A stretch of 64,000 nucleotides of DNA from Patescibacteria group bacterium (GTDB lineage: Bacteria > Patescibacteriota > JABMPQ01 > JAHIRA01): positions 7,343 to 71,342 of the forward strand of contig JAHISJ010000025.1 in NCBI GenBank assembly GCA_018818205.1, given 5' to 3'. The translations under genes and the position numbers were made by a program. Positions 46,279 through 54,797 of the stretch are shown piece by piece. Under the pieces are notes generated by a model. It was not told the origin of the DNA. It ran no database searches and saw nothing but the letters and a program-made list of their open reading frames with translations. Each line of letters opens with the position of its first letter. The stretch's first letter is position 1.

Positions 46279-47313
46279 TCAGGGATATGTCCAAAATCGG
46301 ATAGTGCCATCACTTGACCCAGAAGCTAGTGTTTTTCCATCTGGGCTGAAGGATATAGAATTAACTTCTTTATTATGTCCTTTTAGAGTCTTGAGCTCTT
46401 TCCAGGTCGACGTATCAAAGAGAACGATATAGTTGTAGTTAGAGCCTGCAGCTAAAACTTTCCCATCCGGGCTGAAAGCTAAACAGGTTGGGCTATGTCC
46501 TCGGAATACTTTGAATTCCCTCCAACCATTTGGATACCCCTCATCTCTAATTATCTCAATACCACCATTTTCATTATCTATGGAAGCAAATAGTGAATCA
46601 TCAGGAATAAAAACTATACTGCTTGTATCATTTGATCTAGGGATATAACCTTCGACAAGACTCCAGTCCCATATTTTCCATATTTGTCTGGAAGGGCGCA
46701 TATCCCCAGAAACTAGCAGTCTACTATTATTACTAAACCCAACACTTTTCGCATAAAAGCCCCATTCGCGGTTAAAAAGTTTTTTTATAATAACCCCTGT
46801 TTGTGGGTTCATTACATAAACTATATTGCTATTTTTTTTAACATACGCAAACATAACGTCTGTGCCGAAAGATATATCTATAACAGAGTATAATTCCTTC
46901 AGCATTTTTCCAGAAGATGTGTCCCACAACCCACTATTCGTAGCTATGATTTTACCATCAGGGCTGAAGGCGATCCTAAAACCTCCACTATTTATTATCT
47001 TCAATAGCTTTCTCGAAGCCACCTCCCAAAGCTTTAGGCCTCCAGCCGTATCTCCTGAAGCCAACGTTTTGCCATCGGGACTAAATGACACAGCTAGTAT
47101 TTTAGCAGGTGTGTCATATTTTGTTTTTATTGTAGCAAATACATTCTTACCATCTGGGGAGTCTTCTTTGCTAATAGAATCTTGCATTGAATCATTGGGC
47201 AGAACATCCCCTCCTTCTTTGACACCTTCTCTATTGTCAACAGAAGGTGTACTACATGAAAAAGTGTAAACTAGCATCAAGAAAATAAAAAATAATATAG
47301 GTTTCATACTCAT
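46279..47313 (-). CDS. WD40-repeat putative lipoprotein
   Basis: TFS/C lipobox-like site; repeats FSPDGKTLASG, LKGH..VNSISFSPDGKTLASGSSDGTIRFW. Confidence 0.85.
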   Translation of the reverse strand: MSMKPILFFIFLMLVYTFSCSTPSVDNREGVKEGGDVLPNDSMQDSISKEDSPDGKNVFATIKTKYDTPAKILAVSFSPDGKTLASGDTAGGLKLWEVASRKLLKIINSGGFRIAFSPDGKIIATNSGLWDTSSGKMLKELYSVIDISFGTDVMFAYVKKNSNIVYVMNPQTGVIIKKLFNREWGFYAKSVGFSNNSRLLVSGDMRPSRQIWKIWDWSLVEGYIPRSNDTSSIVFIPDDSLFASIDNENGGIEIIRDEGYPNGWREFKVFRGHSPTCLAFSPDGKVLAAGSNYNYIVLFDTSTWKELKTLKGHNKEVNSISFSPDGKTLASGSSDGTIRFWTYP

Positions 47314-47605
47314 GCTTATCCCCTTTTCTCTTCTTGACATTTTCTGTACTAGGAAAAACTGACAGTCGCTCTGAAGATCATTAGTTTGTCCAATTACGAT
47401 TTTCTCTCCTTTTCGTGTGTTTAGATTTTTCAATTTCTAAATACACAAGTACTAGTTTCAAAGATCAAATTGTGCTTGGAAAATTATCCCTTGGCACTTA
47501 TATTCATCCTTGCAGATAATTTGCACTGCGTCAATGACGCTTGATCCATGTATTTACTGCTCTGTATTTCTCCTGTACAATAAACCTGAACAAATAATGA
47601 CCGTT

Positions 47606-48061
47606 ATGCCCCAAATTTACGCAAAAAATAAGCGTGCCAGATACGACTATGAAATCCTTGAAACGTACGAGGCTGGGTTAATGCTGACTGGACAAGAGGT
47701 AAAATCAGTTAGAGATAAAACCGTATCGCTTAAAGGCAGTTTTGTGACATTAAAAGGAAATGAGGCATATTTGACCAATGCGCACATCTCACCCTATAAA
47801 CATGCAGGAAAGCTTAAAGCTTATGATCCAACCAGATCAAGAAAGCTTCTTTTGCATAAACATGAGCTTAACTCGCTCATTGGAAAGTTGAAGCAAAAAG
47901 GCTTGACATTAGTGCCACTTTTGTTGTATAATAAAAATAGCCGTATCAAGTTATCATTTGGTCTTGGAAAAGGCAAAAAGAAGTTCGACAAGCGTGATTC
48001 AATAAAAAAACGCGACGTAGAGCGCAAGATCCAACGTATGATGCGCGGTAAGATCTCCTGA
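47606..48061 (+). CDS. smpB: SsrA-binding protein
   Basis: NKRARYDY, EAGLMLTGQEVKS, RKLLLHK, GKGKKKFDKR. Confidence 0.97.
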   Translation: MPQIYAKNKRARYDYEILETYEAGLMLTGQEVKSVRDKTVSLKGSFVTLKGNEAYLTNAHISPYKHAGKLKAYDPTRSRKLLLHKHELNSLIGKLKQKGLTLVPLLLYNKNSRIKLSFGLGKGKKKFDKRDSIKKRDVERKIQRMMRGKIS

Positions 48062-48111
48062 TATTTCTGACCCTCCCTGTACCGAATGAATGCTCCCATT
48101 CATCTGGTACA

Positions 48112-48526
48112 GGGGATGTCAGGCATCGATGATGACGTTCTTTTAGAAGACTCAAGTCAAGAGGGCAGAAACTCTTGTAAATCCATTTCTGTGCACGATC
48201 ATAAATGCAAACACTATCGTAAAGGCAAAGGATAAACTAAAAGCCGTTTCAGGTCTTTCAGTTAATCTAACGCCTGCAACTGTTGCCGTCTAATATACGG
48301 TAACCATCCGTTCGTCTCTGCCATGAGAGACGATATGCGGGTGACATACACCATGGCTGCAGCGTCACGTCCCCTTTTTGTGACGACCAAGAGTTTGTAA
48401 AAGGGTATAGCACCACTTATTTTGTTTGTTTAGAGAGTGTTGCCGAACAAAAATTAAACAAACTATACTTGTATAAAGTCATTTAGAATACGTTTTCACA
48501 CGTGGGTTCGATTCCCACCATCTCCA
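48112..48526 (+). ncRNA. ssrA: tmRNA, CCA not encoded; predicted tag (A)ANTIVKAKDKLKAVSGLSVNLTPATVAV* at 48207-48293
   Basis: 5' GGGGATG pairs with 3' CATCTCC-A (G.U at pair 3); T-arm GTGGGTTCGATTCCCAC; ATAAAT-GCA resume context; downstream of smpB. Confidence 0.93.
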
Positions 48527-48640
48527 CGTCGTGACATTACTCCAGCTTACGTGTGCTCCTTCGCAAAGCCTTCGGAGCCCACTCCAGCTTGCGTAATGTC
48601 ACTCCTTCTCCCCACAAATTCAGAAATTTGCGGGGGCCCC
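48527..48640 (+). repeat. tRNA-3'-abutting structured element, copy 2
   Basis: Begins at the base after the tmRNA discriminator; architecture identical to 3325-3437. Confidence 0.8.
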
Positions 48641-48646
48641 ACTATA

Positions 48647-48671
48647 CAACCGCTTTATGAGCGGTTTTTTG
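48647..48671 (+). terminator. Intrinsic terminator after tmRNA and element
   Basis: AACCGCT-ttatg-AGCGGTT followed by T run. Confidence 0.75.
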
Positions 48672-48677
48672 GTCTTT

Positions 48678-48716
48678 TCCCCTCCCCTTTTCCAAGGGGA
48701 GGGGAAGGGTGGGGTG
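48678..48716. repeat. REP-like GC-rich palindrome
   Basis: TCCCCTCCCCTT-tcc-AAGGGGAGGGGA followed by AGGGTGGGGT. Confidence 0.55.
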
Positions 48717-48790
48717 AGTTTGTTATTATTTTTATCCAAAACAAAAATCCGAATCATGCAGTGAAGATTCGGAAAGTAATCGTTAAAAAA

Positions 48791-49285
48791 TTATTTGACG
48801 TTTTGACAAACCAGGGCATAGACATAATTAAACCTCTTGTACGAAAAGAGAACAACAGTTGGTCTATTATTCATCGATTTCCCATTCGCCACAATAACAA
48901 GATATGCGCTTGATGTCCGCTTGCTCTTTGCCATCAAGTGAATCTTTCCCTTTTTATCATCCCACAAGTACATACTGTTGGGAACGATTTTTGAAATCTG
49001 TGATACCTTCGATTTTGATTTTCCATCTGTAAATACCGCACCATCTGTGAACTCGGCAAATAGTGCACCACTGCCAACTATAAAGCCTTTAAGAACCTTG
49101 CCAACACCTGTATCTAAGTTAAGCATAAATACAAGCATGTACGGAAATGTAACACCTTTTTTGGTATTTTTTGCAAAATAACATAACGTTTGATAGACTT
49201 TTTTTGACGTCGGTTTTTTCTTGGAAATTCCATCAGTAACACACAAAAACAGCAATCCAATAGCAAAAATAATAGAGAGTCTCAT
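48791..49285 (-). CDS. Hypothetical secreted basic protein
   Basis: Signal-like MRLSIIFAIGLLFLC; ORF of about 164 aa with no family recognised. Confidence 0.6.
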   Translation of the reverse strand: MRLSIIFAIGLLFLCVTDGISKKKPTSKKVYQTLCYFAKNTKKGVTFPYMLVFMLNLDTGVGKVLKGFIVGSGALFAEFTDGAVFTDGKSKSKVSQISKIVPNSMYLWDDKKGKIHLMAKSKRTSSAYLVIVANGKSMNNRPTVVLFSYKRFNYVYALVCQNVK

Positions 49286-49367
49286 GTTTTTTCTCAAAAC
49301 ATCCTCCAAAAAAAGTAAAAGATCGTGCCGAAATGGCTAAGTACTATAAAACAAACGCCGCTTCTTG

Positions 49368-50168
49368 TCAATTTTTTTCTTCTGGAGGTATCTCGTCAAG
49401 GTCAAAGAAAGCATCTGGTCCAGCTGAACCGGAAGGTTCACCCACAGAAGAATCTTCAGCACCTTGAGCTTCTTCTTCCTCAGGCTCTTCTTCTGGCAAC
49501 TCTTTGAAAACATCCTGCCTAGACAATGATTCCCAATCTTTCCTTGCTCTTTCATAGGCTCTGTCTTTGAGACTAGGAGTAAGTTCGAGTTGATCGAGTT
49601 CGTCCGGCGTTGGTTTCAAAAGCTCCAGAAATCGTAACTGAATATCCTCTTGAACTTTGCCAAAAAGACCACTGGCAGTTTCAAACGTTATTCCACTTAT
49701 TGGAATATCAACATTGATAAATGTATTATCCTGTCTTTGTCCTTCGGCCGAGACCAGTCTTGTCGGAACAGTCCCATCAGGTGCTGTTTGCGGAGCTGAA
49801 CCGCGCCAAGCCAACAAAACAAAAAATCGAGGGAAAAGAGCTTCCAGGTTTTTCAGCCCTGTAGGAAGATTGACAATGAATTTTGTCCAGTTCTTCATTT
49901 GCATAACTCTGATTAAAAACCACCCCAATCCTTCCCATTCTCTCCAATCAACCAAGGCTGGAGCTGTTGGCCCCTTTTTCTCCCCCTCTTGAAGCTCCTC
50001 CATTGATGTTCCCCGATGAGTACAATCAACTGAGTCTAAAACTGCAGGGGCCTTTTCTTCCATCTCTTGAAACTTTTGGGCCGCAATGATGAGAGCAATA
50101 ACTGGTAAAAATTGATCCTGTTCAAGTAATTTTGCTGATCTAACCAGATCAGCGAATGTTGTTTTCAA
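49368..50168 (-). CDS. Hypothetical protein with acidic disordered tail
   Basis: GAGGAGG RBS before TTG; 266 aa ORF. Confidence 0.7.
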   Translation of the reverse strand: MKTTFADLVRSAKLLEQDQFLPVIALIIAAQKFQEMEEKAPAVLDSVDCTHRGTSMEELQEGEKKGPTAPALVDWREWEGLGWFLIRVMQMKNWTKFIVNLPTGLKNLEALFPRFFVLLAWRGSAPQTAPDGTVPTRLVSAEGQRQDNTFINVDIPISGITFETASGLFGKVQEDIQLRFLELLKPTPDELDQLELTPSLKDRAYERARKDWESLSRQDVFKELPEEEPEEEEAQGAEDSSVGEPSGSAGPDAFFDLDEIPPEEKN

Positions 50169-50358
50169 GATTCCTCCTCACTCAAATGCGTTCAAGCCCC
50201 ACAAATAAGGGCAACCTAGCTTTGTATCTTATTTGAAAACTAAGCTTCTGTCAATCAACATGACCTAAAAAGTACAATCGAACCAAATAGAACTCAAATT
50301 TTTTCTTGCTTCCCTAAAAATAAATTTTCTACTATACTGAAGGTATTAATAATCATAC

Positions 50359-50925
50359 ATGCCAAGACCAATAACACGCAAAGGCAAAAAAATAGCGCTC
50401 GTTCCTCCTGCTAAGGAAGACACCATCCTCTACACGCAGTGGCTTAACGACTCTGAGGTAAATAGAGGACTTAATTTGCATACAGAAATGCCACTTACCG
50501 TTGATCAAGAAGAAAAGTGGTATGAAGAAAATATCACCAAAAACCCCTCAGATAAAACCATCTTTGCCGTCATGCTTCTTAAAAATAAAAAGATTATTGG
50601 AAACGTGGGACTCGAGAGCATTCATCCCATTCATCAATCCGCTGAGCTTGGCATTGTTATTGGTGAAAAAAAACAGTGGGGTAAAGGATACGGGGAAGAA
50701 ATCTTGAGATTGATTTTAGACTATGGCTTTAACACGCTCAACAGAAAATCGATTTTCTTGCGATGTTTTGAATACAATGATAGAGCACTCAAGCTATACA
50801 AGAAGTTTGGATTTAAAATGCAGGGCAAGCTACGAAAAAATAGTTACTACGATGGGAAGCTCCACGATACGTATTACCTTGATATGCTTAAAAATGAGTT
50901 TAATAAGCGGTATAAACGTACATAA
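50359..50925 (+). CDS. RimJ/RimL-type GNAT acetyltransferase
   Basis: IGNVGL, AELGIVIG..WGKGYG, YGFNTLN, N.RALKLYKKFGF. Confidence 0.92.
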   Translation: MPRPITRKGKKIALVPPAKEDTILYTQWLNDSEVNRGLNLHTEMPLTVDQEEKWYEENITKNPSDKTIFAVMLLKNKKIIGNVGLESIHPIHQSAELGIVIGEKKQWGKGYGEEILRLILDYGFNTLNRKSIFLRCFEYNDRALKLYKKFGFKMQGKLRKNSYYDGKLHDTYYLDMLKNEFNKRYKRT

Positions 50926-50996
50926 CCATCTTGACAACTAACTCTCAGATTTCTACAATGCCTGTAGGTATAAGCTAATAATCTAACGTTAAAACA

Positions 50997-51512
50997 ATTA
51001 GCAAAAAGAAATTTATCCGTATTAATGACCGGATTAAGGTTTCACCAGTCCGCGTTATAGACGAGGATGGCGCTATGCTTGGTGTCATAGAGACAGACGA
51101 AGCCCTGCGTATTGCCAAAGACCGTGGTCTTGATCTTATTGAAGTGTCGCCTAACGCTCGTCCACCGGTGTGTCGGATTCAAGATCATGGTCAACTAAAA
51201 TACCAGCAAGCAAAAGAAGAGCAAAAACAAAAGAAACGGCAAAAGAAGATTGATGTAAAAGGAGTGAGAATCTCTATGCGTATTAGTGAAAATGACCTGA
51301 AAATGAAGATTAACCAGACGCAGAAGTTCCTTGATGGAGGTCATAAGGTACGTGTTGAACTCAAGATGCGCGGACGAGAGCGTGCACATCAAGATATGGC
51401 AAGACAGCTTATGAGAACGTTTAGAGGACGACTAGAAGGTGAAATTCTTTTAGAACAACCTCCAAAACGTGAACGTTTAGGTCTTGGAATGGTTATTGCA
51501 AAGAAAGAGTAG
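50997..51512 (+). CDS. infC: Translation initiation factor IF-3, ATT start
   Basis: In-frame extension from ATT 50997 adds the conserved RINDRIKVSPVRVIDEDG; GLDLIEVSPNARPPVCRI; MRGRE. Confidence 0.95.
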   Translation: MSKKKFIRINDRIKVSPVRVIDEDGAMLGVIETDEALRIAKDRGLDLIEVSPNARPPVCRIQDHGQLKYQQAKEEQKQKKRQKKIDVKGVRISMRISENDLKMKINQTQKFLDGGHKVRVELKMRGRERAHQDMARQLMRTFRGRLEGEILLEQPPKRERLGLGMVIAKKE

Positions 51513-51600
51513 TTTTTCATGGAAATCACCCTTTATTCCTTGACGTGAGGTTTTTTTTGGTCTACAATAAACTATACATTTTTGAAAAAAGGATAAATAC

Positions 51601-51801
51601 ATGCCCAAGGCAAAAACGCACAAAGCGACTGCAAAGCGGATTAAAGTAACCAAGAAGAAAAAGCTTCTTAAAAGATACTCTGCACAAGACCACTTTAATG
51701 CCAGAGAACCTGGTAAGGTCAAGCATCAGAAGAGATGTTTAGGTTCAGTGAGCAAAGCAGATGAGAAGAACGTAAGAAGAGCTCTTCCTTATTTAAAGTA
51801 A
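51601..51801 (+). CDS. rpmI: 50S ribosomal protein L35
   Basis: [17 protein letters not shown]; located between infC and rplT. Confidence 0.95.
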   Translation: MPKAKTHKATAKRIKVTKKKKLLKRYSAQDHFNAREPGKVKHQKRCLGSVSKADEKNVRRALPYLK

Positions 51802-51808
51802 AAAAGAT

Positions 51809-52156
51809 ATGCCACGAGTAAAACGCGGAGTACGCGCAAACAAGCGAAGAAAAAAGGTTATAAAGGCTGCCAAGGGTTACCAAGGAAATCGTAGCACCAA
51901 GTTTAAGGCGGCTAATCAAGCACAACTTAAAGCCGGCACCTATGCATACCGAGACAGAAAGGTCAGAAAACGTGACTTTAGAAGACTGTGGATTGTACGA
52001 CTTAATGCTGCAGTTAGAGAAGAAGGTATGTCATATAGCACATTTATTGCTGCACTTAAAAAGAATAAGGTTGATCTTGATAGAAAAATCCTAGCAGATA
52101 TTGCCTTTACCAGTCCCGAGACATTTAAAAAGATTGTAGACGAAGTGAAGTCTTAA
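51809..52156 (+). CDS. rplT: 50S ribosomal protein L20
   Basis: [40 protein letters not shown]. Confidence 0.98.
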   Translation: MPRVKRGVRANKRRKKVIKAAKGYQGNRSTKFKAANQAQLKAGTYAYRDRKVRKRDFRRLWIVRLNAAVREEGMSYSTFIAALKKNKVDLDRKILADIAFTSPETFKKIVDEVKS

Positions 52157-52176
52157 CGTCCTTAAAGATAAAAAAC

Positions 52177-53136
52177 ATGAAAGCGCAAGCGTTGTTTGAC
52201 AGTGCCTTAAAGGATGCTATGAAGGCTGACTTTAGAGGTGAAAAGGCACTACAAAGAAAGCTCGATAGAGAGAAGAAAAAATACACTAAGCTCGATAAAA
52301 CCGAGAAAAAGTTTTTTGATACGTCTGTCTTAAAGAATCCTTACCACGACAGCGGTGTTCACTATGTTTCAAAAAAGAATCCTGAGGTAAAGCGAATTCT
52401 AACCGGTATAGATATGGGAGTTGGCGAAGTTCTTCTTGCAGATAGACTTACTCAGAAGGGTAAAAAAATTGACCTTATTGTCGGCCATCATCCACTTGGA
52501 GCTGCATTCGCTGATTTGGTTAATGTTATGGATATGCTTGAGGAACTATATCACTCATTTGGTGTCCCAATCCATATTGCAGAAAATTTAATGCAAGAGA
52601 GACGCGTAGAAGTGAGCAGAAGTGTACACCCATTAAACCATATGCAGAGCGTAGATGCGGCCAAACTTCTTGATATCTCAATCATAAACACGCATACGAT
52701 TTCTGATAATCTTGCGTGGCGCTATGTGCAAGACATCATGAATAAGAAGAAACCAGAGACCCTTGGTGAAGTACTGGAACTTCTTAAAAAAATTCCTGAA
52801 TATCAGATTGCTATGAAAAACGGCGCAAGCCCTAAGATTATTGCCGGCAACCCAGAAAACACCGCAGGAAAAGTTCTTGTAGATATGACCGGTGGCACCA
52901 ATCCACATGAAGATATTTATGAGCAATTGTCCAGATACGGTGTTTCAACTATTGTAGGTATGCACTACCGCGAACCAACTATAAAGAAGATTAAGAAGCA
53001 CAAGCTCAATTTGATTATTGCCGGCCATTACGCTTCTGACTCTTTAGGTATGAACTTAATGCTTGATACGTTTGAGAAGAAAGGTGTGGAGATTGTACCG
53101 TGTTCGGGGCTTTTAAGGGTAAGCCGGGGTAAGTAA
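52177..53136 (+). CDS. NIF3-like (NGG1p interacting factor) metal-binding protein
   Basis: NPYHDS, GIDM, HHP, HTISDN, DMTGGT, GMH, AGHYASDSLGMN. Confidence 0.85.
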   Translation: MKAQALFDSALKDAMKADFRGEKALQRKLDREKKKYTKLDKTEKKFFDTSVLKNPYHDSGVHYVSKKNPEVKRILTGIDMGVGEVLLADRLTQKGKKIDLIVGHHPLGAAFADLVNVMDMLEELYHSFGVPIHIAENLMQERRVEVSRSVHPLNHMQSVDAAKLLDISIINTHTISDNLAWRYVQDIMNKKKPETLGEVLELLKKIPEYQIAMKNGASPKIIAGNPENTAGKVLVDMTGGTNPHEDIYEQLSRYGVSTIVGMHYREPTIKKIKKHKLNLIIAGHYASDSLGMNLMLDTFEKKGVEIVPCSGLLRVSRGK

Positions 53137-53145
53137 ATCTTGATT

Positions 53146-53182
53146 AAAAAAATCTCCTCATCTACAGATGAGGAGATTTTTT
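53146..53182. terminator. Bidirectional intrinsic terminator between convergent genes
   Basis: AAAAAATCTCCTCATCT-ac-AGATGAGGAGATTTTTT perfect inverted repeat. Confidence 0.85.
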
Positions 53183-53210
53183 GTTTGGCATCTTTTGTTT
53201 TTGAGTGCTT

Positions 53211-53684
53211 TTAGGCTCTTTTGATTTCTTTGATCTCGTTTTTAATTTCTCTACGTTCAACCGCATTTAGATCAAGTCTTTGCTCTGTATTGTCTACACG
53301 TACCTTCAGTCCATCTATTTCTTTTTGTGGTTTATCAAAACGTTTTTCTAAAGTATCAAATCGTTCATTCATTTCATCAAAGCCTTTTTTTACGATAATA
53401 GCGAAACTCTCAAATTTTTCGTCAACTTTTTTATTGAAATTCTCAAAATCCTTCTTACGAGCCAAGGTTATTTTTTCTTCAACCGTGTCTAAATTTTCTG
53501 ATATCTTCTCTTCAAGTTCACCCAAATCAGCTTTTCTTTCCTTGGCAATATCCTTTTTCAGTTCACCCAAATCAGCTTTTCTTTCCTTGGCAATATCCTT
53601 TTTAAATTTGCCTAAATCTTCCTTACGAGAAGCGGAAATCTTCTCTTCTAAGGTACTTAAATCTCCTTTGGTTGCGGTCGCCAT
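53211..53684 (-). CDS. Coiled-coil repeat protein (ATKxDL-type)
   Basis: ATKGDL, 15-aa tandem repeat KKDIAKERKADLGEL, KGFDEMNERFDTLEKRF. Confidence 0.7.
   Translation of the reverse strand: MATATKGDLSTLEEKISASRKEDLGKFKKDIAKERKADLGELKKDIAKERKADLGELEEKISENLDTVEEKITLARKKDFENFNKKVDEKFESFAIIVKKGFDEMNERFDTLEKRFDKPQKEIDGLKVRVDNTEQRLDLNAVERREIKNEIKEIKRA
53515..53603. repeat. 45-bp tandem duplication inside the coiled-coil gene
   Basis: AGTTCACCCAAATCAGCTTTTCTTTCCTTGGCAATATCCTTTTT occurs at 53515 and 53560. Confidence 0.9.
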
Positions 53685-53827
53685 ATGTTTTCCATTATAT
53701 TTATGAATCTCTCCGCTTTTGTGAAATGGAGTATAGCATATAAAATAAGCCCTTTCAAATAACGCTCAACTTTATTTATCCATCTCTCTAAATAGCTTAA
53801 ATAAAAAATTTATCCAAAAAAATGGAC

Positions 53828-53855
53828 TTGACAAATCGTACAATTATATTATAAT
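53828..53855 (+). promoter_or_regulatory. Consensus sigma70 promoter
   Basis: TTGACA-16 nt-TATAAT. Confidence 0.75.
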
Positions 53856-54033
53856 GGTTTGCTTAGTTAGAAATGATGTATTTTGATTTTTTGATTGCTC
53901 TTTTACAACTGAGGTCAGGAAATATGACGTGAGTCAATGACTCCACAGAGGATGGAAATTTTTCTCTCCTTTGTGGAGTCATGTGGACTCCGTTTCATAT
54001 TTTTTTCTTTTTATTCTAGAAGGAGATTTCCCG

Positions 54034-54672
54034 ATGACTAGTCATGATTACCACCACCCTCCCCTCTCCCAAACCCTCCACATCCCTGCTACAAGTGAAT
54101 TGCTCTGTGCGCCAGATGGACTAAAAATGCTTTGCGCTGCTTGCGGGAAAGAACTCGACTTCACTGCGGGAAGACGATTCCGTATTTGGGATTTGTATGA
54201 GCTGGTTGGGGGAAAAGGAGAAAAGGTGACTGAGAAGCACGAGCTCCACTGTCCCCATTGCAACGCCTTCTTAAATAGTGCGTCCCTCTTGTACAAGTAC
54301 AAGCACGACAGTGGAGGTACAAGCTACAATGGTGCGGTGATTGGAAGAGTCGAGGCTGAAAAAATCAAAGAAAACCTCGTACTGGTTGCGTGTTGGAAGC
54401 TCAGAGATCCCTGCTACAGACCCACGTTCGAACACTGCCACATGGGAGAAATCCTTGCTGATCCGCAACTTCTTACTTTGGATATGCTCATCGCGGCACT
54501 GGAAGATGGCTACATCACTTCAGGGCAATTCCTTTCTCGTCCTGAGGTTAAGGAAGATCTCGAAATCTTGCGTTGGCTCATGGAGCTCAAGATTCTCGAG
54601 TATCACTGCCCCGTGATCGAGTATGTCGAGCACTTCTACGAAAAGCATATCCCCTACCCCGAGTCATTGTAA
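54034..54672 (+). CDS. Hypothetical zinc-ribbon protein
   Basis: AAGGAG RBS; CAAC and CPHC pairs; looks more GC-rich than flanks. Confidence 0.7.
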   Translation: MTSHDYHHPPLSQTLHIPATSELLCAPDGLKMLCAACGKELDFTAGRRFRIWDLYELVGGKGEKVTEKHELHCPHCNAFLNSASLLYKYKHDSGGTSYNGAVIGRVEAEKIKENLVLVACWKLRDPCYRPTFEHCHMGEILADPQLLTLDMLIAALEDGYITSGQFLSRPEVKEDLEILRWLMELKILEYHCPVIEYVEHFYEKHIPYPESL

Positions 54673-54703
54673 CCTTCATTATTTCTTTACACCCCCTGAC
54701 CTC

Positions 54704-54740
54704 AAAACCTCCTCGTCCCCCGGACTTGGAGGTTTTTTTT
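54704..54740 (+). terminator. Intrinsic terminator
   Basis: AAAACCTCC...GGAGGTTTTTTTT. Confidence 0.7.
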
Positions 54741-54749
54741 GGTATAAAA

Positions 54750-54774
54750 GGGCGCCCACAAGGGGCGCCCCTAC
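54750..54774 (-). repeat. GTAG-family REP element
   Basis: Minus strand GTAG-GGGCGCCC-CTTGT-GGGCGCCC. Confidence 0.75.
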
Positions 54775-54797
54775 AAACGTTCAATTATTTGTTAACG

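Noticed and set aside
47821-48155. Minus-strand ORFs over smpB and tmRNA
   Set aside because: Antisense shadows of well-supported genes
48527-50300. Integrative element or prophage at ssrA
   Set aside because: No integrase and no duplicated tmRNA 3' end (att site) seen in the window
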